Below are positions 59,827 through 64,000 of a stretch of 64,000 nucleotides of DNA, piece by piece. The position numbers and the translations under genes are program-made. The first letter of the stretch is position 1. The number at the start of each line of letters is the position of its first letter. Source of the stretch: an uncultured Lacinutrix sp. Its GTDB lineage: Bacteria > Bacteroidota > Bacteroidia > Flavobacteriales > Flavobacteriaceae. The notes under the pieces are model-generated. The model ran no database searches. It was not told the origin of the DNA and worked only from the letters and a program-made list of their open reading frames with translations. The stretch is from positions 80,551-144,550 of the forward strand of contig CAKZMU010000009.1 of the NCBI GenBank assembly GCA_937129145.1, given 5' to 3'.

Positions 59827-61596
59827 TTAAAATGTTTTTAAAAAAGCGTCTAAATCTTCTTCAGGTGACAGATTAAGTTTTTTTCTGAGCCTGTTTCGGC
59901 TCTTTTTTACGGAAGAAGGGTTGATATTTTGAAGTGCTGCTATCTGTTTTGTATCTAAATCTAGTTTGATTAATGAACATAATCTTATTTCCGTTTTGGT
60001 TAAACCTTCAAATTGAGTGGTTAACTTATCATAGAACGAACTGCTTAACGCATCTATTTTGGTATAAAAGTCATCTGCACTTTTATCAACCCAAATTTTG
60101 TTTTTTATTTCGGTATCTAATTCCTCTAACTCTTTGGCGCGTTTTCTGCCTGTTGAGGTTTTTAGATTCTCCATACGTTCTGCTAAAGACAAAGCCCATT
60201 CTTGGTTATTAGATATATTAACAGCAAAATTGGTAAGGTCTTTTTTCTTATATTCTATTTCTGAGTTTAATAATTTATTCTGTAAGTCTTTATATTTCAC
60301 ACGTTGTTTATATCGATAGTATAGTAAACTCATTAAGAAAATAGCAGCTAGACTTCCAAAAATTATCCATTGGCTTTTTGCTCTGTTTTTTGTGTTAAGT
60401 AATGAAATCTCTGATTCTTGAGTTTTAAGTTTTTCCTCTGCAATACGCGCTTCTTTAGCTTTAACAATACTGTCTAATCGCATGGTTTTAGCAAATTCCA
60501 TTTGCTGCAACTGCTTACCAACTTCATCTTTTTTTAAGCTATCATTTAAAGTGGCCATTTCTTCATGATATTCTAAAGCTTTAACTTTATTACCTAAAGC
60601 TTTGTATCCACGATATAGACAATCACAAGCGTTTTTCTTTTGTATTAGACTATTTAATTCGAATGCAATTTTGTAACTTCTTGTACAAGTTTCAATACTT
60701 TTTGAATATGCTTTTTGCTCGAGATAAAGTTCACCTAAGTCGATAACAGTTTCGGATATTAATGGTAGACTCCCTATTTTTTCACGAAGCGCTAAGCTTC
60801 TATTGTAATAATTTAATGCCTCCTTAAGACTTCCTTTTTTTTGATAAACATCACCAATATAACCTAGTGATATTGCTTTATTTCTTGCCAATTTAAGTTC
60901 GCTTGTTCGCTTTAAACTTCTATTAAAATAGTCAAGAGCCAAATTATAATCTGCTTGTTTTAAGTAGGACTTCCCTATATTATTGAGAGTTAATGAATTA
61001 TTCTTATCAATTTCCAAACAACGTTGAAAATAGGTTATTGCTTTCTCACTATTACCTTGATCATAATATAAATCACCAATGGTATTTAAAGTAAAAAATG
61101 TTCTGTTGTTATCTCCTAGTTCTTCACGGATTTTCAGGCTTTTTTGTAAGTAATTTAAAGCTTTTATACCATTGCCTATATCACTATAAACGATTCCAAA
61201 TTTATTGTAAGTTGCTGCTATACCTTCTTTATCTCCTAGTTCTTTTTCAATAACAAGTTCTTTTTCAAAATGTCTAAGCGATTCTATATAATTTCCCTTA
61301 ACCCAATTTGCTGTCCCTAAAGCTTTGTGTGCATGAGCAATGTGCTTTTTAGACTTGATATTTGTCGCATAATCGTATTCTATTTTTCCATAGTATATTG
61401 TACTGTCTGGTTCGGTAAATACTATATTCCAAGAGTACTCTCCTAAGGCATTTAACCTTAAACTATCTTGCTTAGTTATATCGTTCCAAACGGATAAAAG
61501 AGAATCCATCTCTATGTCAAAATCAGTTTTATTTTCTTGACCAAAAGAAGAATAGCTAATCAAAAGAAGAAAAAAAAGTATGGCTCGTTTAAACAT
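59827..61596 (-). CDS. TPR-repeat, single-TM regulator with a C-terminal LuxR-type HTH
   Basis: Signal/TM, ~8 TPR units, a TM (WIIFGSLAAIFLMSLLYY), C-terminal LuxR HTH (…TKQIAALQNINPSSVKKSRNRLRKKL). Confidence 0.7.
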   Translation of the reverse strand: MFKRAILFFLLLISYSSFGQENKTDFDIEMDSLLSVWNDITKQDSLRLNALGEYSWNIVFTEPDSTIYYGKIEYDYATNIKSKKHIAHAHKALGTANWVKGNYIESLRHFEKELVIEKELGDKEGIAATYNKFGIVYSDIGNGIKALNYLQKSLKIREELGDNNRTFFTLNTIGDLYYDQGNSEKAITYFQRCLEIDKNNSLTLNNIGKSYLKQADYNLALDYFNRSLKRTSELKLARNKAISLGYIGDVYQKKGSLKEALNYYNRSLALREKIGSLPLISETVIDLGELYLEQKAYSKSIETCTRSYKIAFELNSLIQKKNACDCLYRGYKALGNKVKALEYHEEMATLNDSLKKDEVGKQLQQMEFAKTMRLDSIVKAKEARIAEEKLKTQESEISLLNTKNRAKSQWIIFGSLAAIFLMSLLYYRYKQRVKYKDLQNKLLNSEIEYKKKDLTNFAVNISNNQEWALSLAERMENLKTSTGRKRAKELEELDTEIKNKIWVDKSADDFYTKIDALSSSFYDKLTTQFEGLTKTEIRLCSLIKLDLDTKQIAALQNINPSSVKKSRNRLRKKLNLSPEEDLDAFLKTF

Positions 61597-61699
61597 TATG
61601 AATTTTAGTTGGTTGTGATTGAAAAATACTTGCTCTAAGGTAAAGAAAAATATAACGAAGAAAAAAGCCTCTCATTTCTGAAAGGCTTGTGTTTAAAAG

Positions 61700-61773
61700 T
61701 GGTCCCACTTGGGCTCGAACCAAGGACCCTCTGATTATGAGTCAGATGCTCTAACCAACTGAGCTATGGGACC
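61700..61773 (-). tRNA. tRNA-Met(CAT) (elongator Met or Ile2-lysidine type; not distinguishable by eye)
   Basis: The reverse complement GGTCCCATAGCTCAGTTGGTTAGAGCATCTGACTCATAATCAGAGGGTCCTTGGTTCGAGCCCAAGTGGGACCA is a canonical cloverleaf with anticodon loop ctCATaa. Confidence 0.85.
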
Positions 61774-61820
61774 AATTAAGGCTGCAATATTACTACTTAT
61801 TTTATTTCTTAGCAAGGAAA

Positions 61821-62234
61821 TTATTCTTTATTAGTACGCTCTTGGCACAGCTCAATTAACACACCGTTTGTCGATTTTGGATGTAAAAAAGCGACCAACT
61901 TATTATCGGCTCCTTTTTTAGGTTTATTGTTTAAAATAGTAAAGCCTTCTTCTTTTAATCGTTTTATTTCTTTTTCAATATCATCTACATCAAACGCTAT
62001 GTGGTGTATGCCTTCGCCCTTTTTCTCAATAAATTTTGCAATTGGGCTGTCTTCGTTAGTCGCTTCTAAAAGCTCAATTTTATTCTCTCCTACCTTAAAA
62101 AATGATGTTTTAACGCCTTCGCTTTCTACCGATTCTGTTTTATAATGTGGTTCACCAAAAAGTTTTTCAAACAACTCATTGGACGTTTCAATGTTTTTTA
62201 CCGCAATTCCTATATGTTCAATTTTATTCATCAT
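61821..62234 (-). CDS. Methylmalonyl-CoA epimerase (VOC/glyoxalase superfamily)
   Basis: 137 aa; VOC metal-ligand pattern (HIGIAV…, EL). Confidence 0.7.
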   Translation of the reverse strand: MMNKIEHIGIAVKNIETSNELFEKLFGEPHYKTESVESEGVKTSFFKVGENKIELLEATNEDSPIAKFIEKKGEGIHHIAFDVDDIEKEIKRLKEEGFTILNNKPKKGADNKLVAFLHPKSTNGVLIELCQERTNKE

Positions 62235-62302
62235 GCTACAAATTTAATTTAAAACACTAACGTTTTAAAGCATTAACTAACGAAATGTATTATTTTTGTG
62301 GC

Positions 62303-62695
62303 ATGGAAAGTAATAGACAGAAAAAAATAGCATCGGTTTTACAACGAGATTTAGTAGATGTGCTGCAAAATGCAGCAACGCAAGGTGGTATGAAAGGTGT
62401 AATTATTTCGGTAACAAAAGTAAATGTAACTGTTGACCTTTCCATTGCGAAAGTGTATTTAAGTATTTTTCCTGTTGAAAAAGGCGCAGAATTATTAGAG
62501 GGCATCACATCCAACGCTGCACTTATAAAACATGAATTGGCGCAACGCACCAAACACCAGCTAAGACGCATGCCTCAGCTGTCTTTTTATATTGATGATT
62601 CGTTGGAATATATTGATAAAATTGACCGTTCTTTAAAAGGGTTGGACAACCCATTGAATGACCCTGATTTATTAGAAAAAAGAAAGAAAAAATAG
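62303..62695 (+). CDS. rbfA: Ribosome-binding factor A
   Basis: Start placed at the internal Met (MESNRQKKIASVLQRDL…); KH-like RbfA fold motifs; 130 aa. Confidence 0.8.
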   Translation: MESNRQKKIASVLQRDLVDVLQNAATQGGMKGVIISVTKVNVTVDLSIAKVYLSIFPVEKGAELLEGITSNAALIKHELAQRTKHQLRRMPQLSFYIDDSLEYIDKIDRSLKGLDNPLNDPDLLEKRKKK

Positions 62696-63898
62696 TTGAG
62701 TTTTCCTTTTTATATAGCTAAACGTTATCTGTTTTCTAAAAGCAGTAATAATGCCATTAATTTTATTACGATAATTGCTGCTATCGGAATTATTATTGGT
62801 AGTGCTTCGCTGTTTATTGTGTTGTCTGGTTTTGCTGGTTTAAAGGATTTTAGCCTTCAGTTTACATCTTTTGTGGACCCCGACCTTAAGGCAATTCCAA
62901 CTCAAGGAAAATCATTTACACTTTCTGAAGATATTGTAAATAAGATTAATAACGTTGAAGGCATCGCTTCTTACACTAAAATTATTGAAGAACGCGCAGT
63001 ACTCAATTTTAAGGATAAACAGCTTATCGTAACCCTAAAAGGTGTTGACCAAAATTACCCGCAAACTACCATTGATTCTCTTGATGTTATTGGCCAATGG
63101 TTTGAGCATGGAACAGACCAAATAGTTGCTGGCTCTGGTGTTTCAAATTATTTGTCCTTTGGAATTTTTGATTATGGAGAAAGTATTAAGGTTTCGGTGC
63201 CTAAGCCTGGAAAAGGGCAGCCAACATCTGTAAATTCAATCTTTAAATCGGTTAATGCGGTAAATTCAGGGATTTTTGTGGTTAACGAAGACCTTGATAA
63301 CTCACTTATATATGCCAATTTAGAAACCGCACAATACTTGCTCAATTATAATGAAAACCAAGTAAGTGGCATTGAATTTGTACTCGAAGACATCGAAAAT
63401 ATTGAAACTGTACAAGAAGAACTAAAGTTAGCACTAGAAAATTCTTTTGCCTTAAAAACCAGAGAACAACTAAACGATGCGCTTTATAAAATGTTAAATA
63501 CCGAAAATCTTGCCGTATATTTAATATTTACGTTAGTGTTAATTATTGCACTTTTTAATGTTATTGGTTCAATAATTATGATGATTCTAGACAAGAAGAA
63601 AAACCTAAACACCCTGTTTAATATTGGTGCTACCGTAAAAGATATTAGAAAAATCTTTTTTCTTCAAGGAAGTTTAATGAGTGTGTTGGGCGGAAGTGTT
63701 GGATTGTTTTTGGGTTATCTTATTGTTGTGCTACAAAAACAATTTTCGCTTGTTATGATAACTGCCAGCTTCCCATATCCTGTAGCGATAGACCTGAAAA
63801 ATATTTTTATAGTATTTGTTACTATAACCATTTTAGGAATCTTAGCTTCTAAATTAGCATCGTCAAGAATCACAAAGCGATTAATCGTTGAGGCTTAA
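62696..63898 (+). CDS. FtsX-like ABC transporter permease (LolC/LolE lipoprotein-release type)
   Basis: 400 aa; N-terminal TM, a large periplasmic domain, three C-terminal TMs. Confidence 0.75.
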   Translation: MSFPFYIAKRYLFSKSSNNAINFITIIAAIGIIIGSASLFIVLSGFAGLKDFSLQFTSFVDPDLKAIPTQGKSFTLSEDIVNKINNVEGIASYTKIIEERAVLNFKDKQLIVTLKGVDQNYPQTTIDSLDVIGQWFEHGTDQIVAGSGVSNYLSFGIFDYGESIKVSVPKPGKGQPTSVNSIFKSVNAVNSGIFVVNEDLDNSLIYANLETAQYLLNYNENQVSGIEFVLEDIENIETVQEELKLALENSFALKTREQLNDALYKMLNTENLAVYLIFTLVLIIALFNVIGSIIMMILDKKKNLNTLFNIGATVKDIRKIFFLQGSLMSVLGGSVGLFLGYLIVVLQKQFSLVMITASFPYPVAIDLKNIFIVFVTITILGILASKLASSRITKRLIVEA

Positions 63899-64000
63899 GC
63901 AAATTGAAAATCTGAAAACTTATCTTCCACCTCATCAAAAGCTGCAAACACATCTTTCGCGTCGTCGCTGGTAACCATTTTCATTCGGTAGTCTTTAAAA

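Overview
This 64-kb window looks like Bacteroidota (Flavobacteriia-type) chromosome. It is AT-rich, carries a complete BatA–BatE aerotolerance operon, lacks Shine-Dalgarno signals, and encodes proteins with T9SS C-terminal sorting domains. Most of it is ordinary core genome. That includes the Bat operon, a SulP transporter paired with a beta-carbonic anhydrase, Fe/Mn SOD, an AddA/AddB-like helicase-nuclease pair, kbl, recJ, tdk, alr, mscL, asd, accBC-fabH-rpmF-yceD-pdxA, ribE, rbfA and a LolE/FtsX-like permease. Rho-independent terminators delimit several of these genes. Two regions stand out.

(1) Positions 29.5–31.1 kb hold a tightly packed array of about 13 tRNA-like genes separated by 6–12 nt spacers. 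I read Tyr, Cys, Asp, Pro-like, Glu, Met-like, two Leu-anticodon genes, a gene with an anticodon-loop insertion, Gln, Phe, a circularly permuted gene and a truncated Lys. At least seven members are structurally noncanonical. The oddities are a conserved ~36-nt spacer module found twice, each copy followed by a direct repeat of the upstream tRNA's T-loop-to-3'-end segment; related TCCCGA…TCGGGA hairpin insertions in a D region and a T loop; a 52-nt structured insertion in an anticodon loop; an apparently circularly permuted tRNA gene (3' half, a 3-nt linker, then 5' half); class-I scaffolds carrying Leu anticodons; U37 in the Asp and Glu genes; and trailing tRNA fragments. This is either a decaying horizontally acquired tRNA array or a set of disrupted or split tRNA genes of a kind not described in bacteria.

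(2) A tRNA-Met(CAT) gene on the minus strand (61700–61773) has a 14-nt direct repeat of its 3' end at 51936–51949. Together they bracket a ~9.8-kb integrase-less islet encoding LRR surface/T9SS proteins, an acyl-CoA-dehydrogenase-like protein with a PLP-dependent decarboxylase, and a TPR-LuxR regulator.

I found no CRISPR arrays, transposases or integrases. All tRNA folds were made by hand and need covariance-model confirmation.
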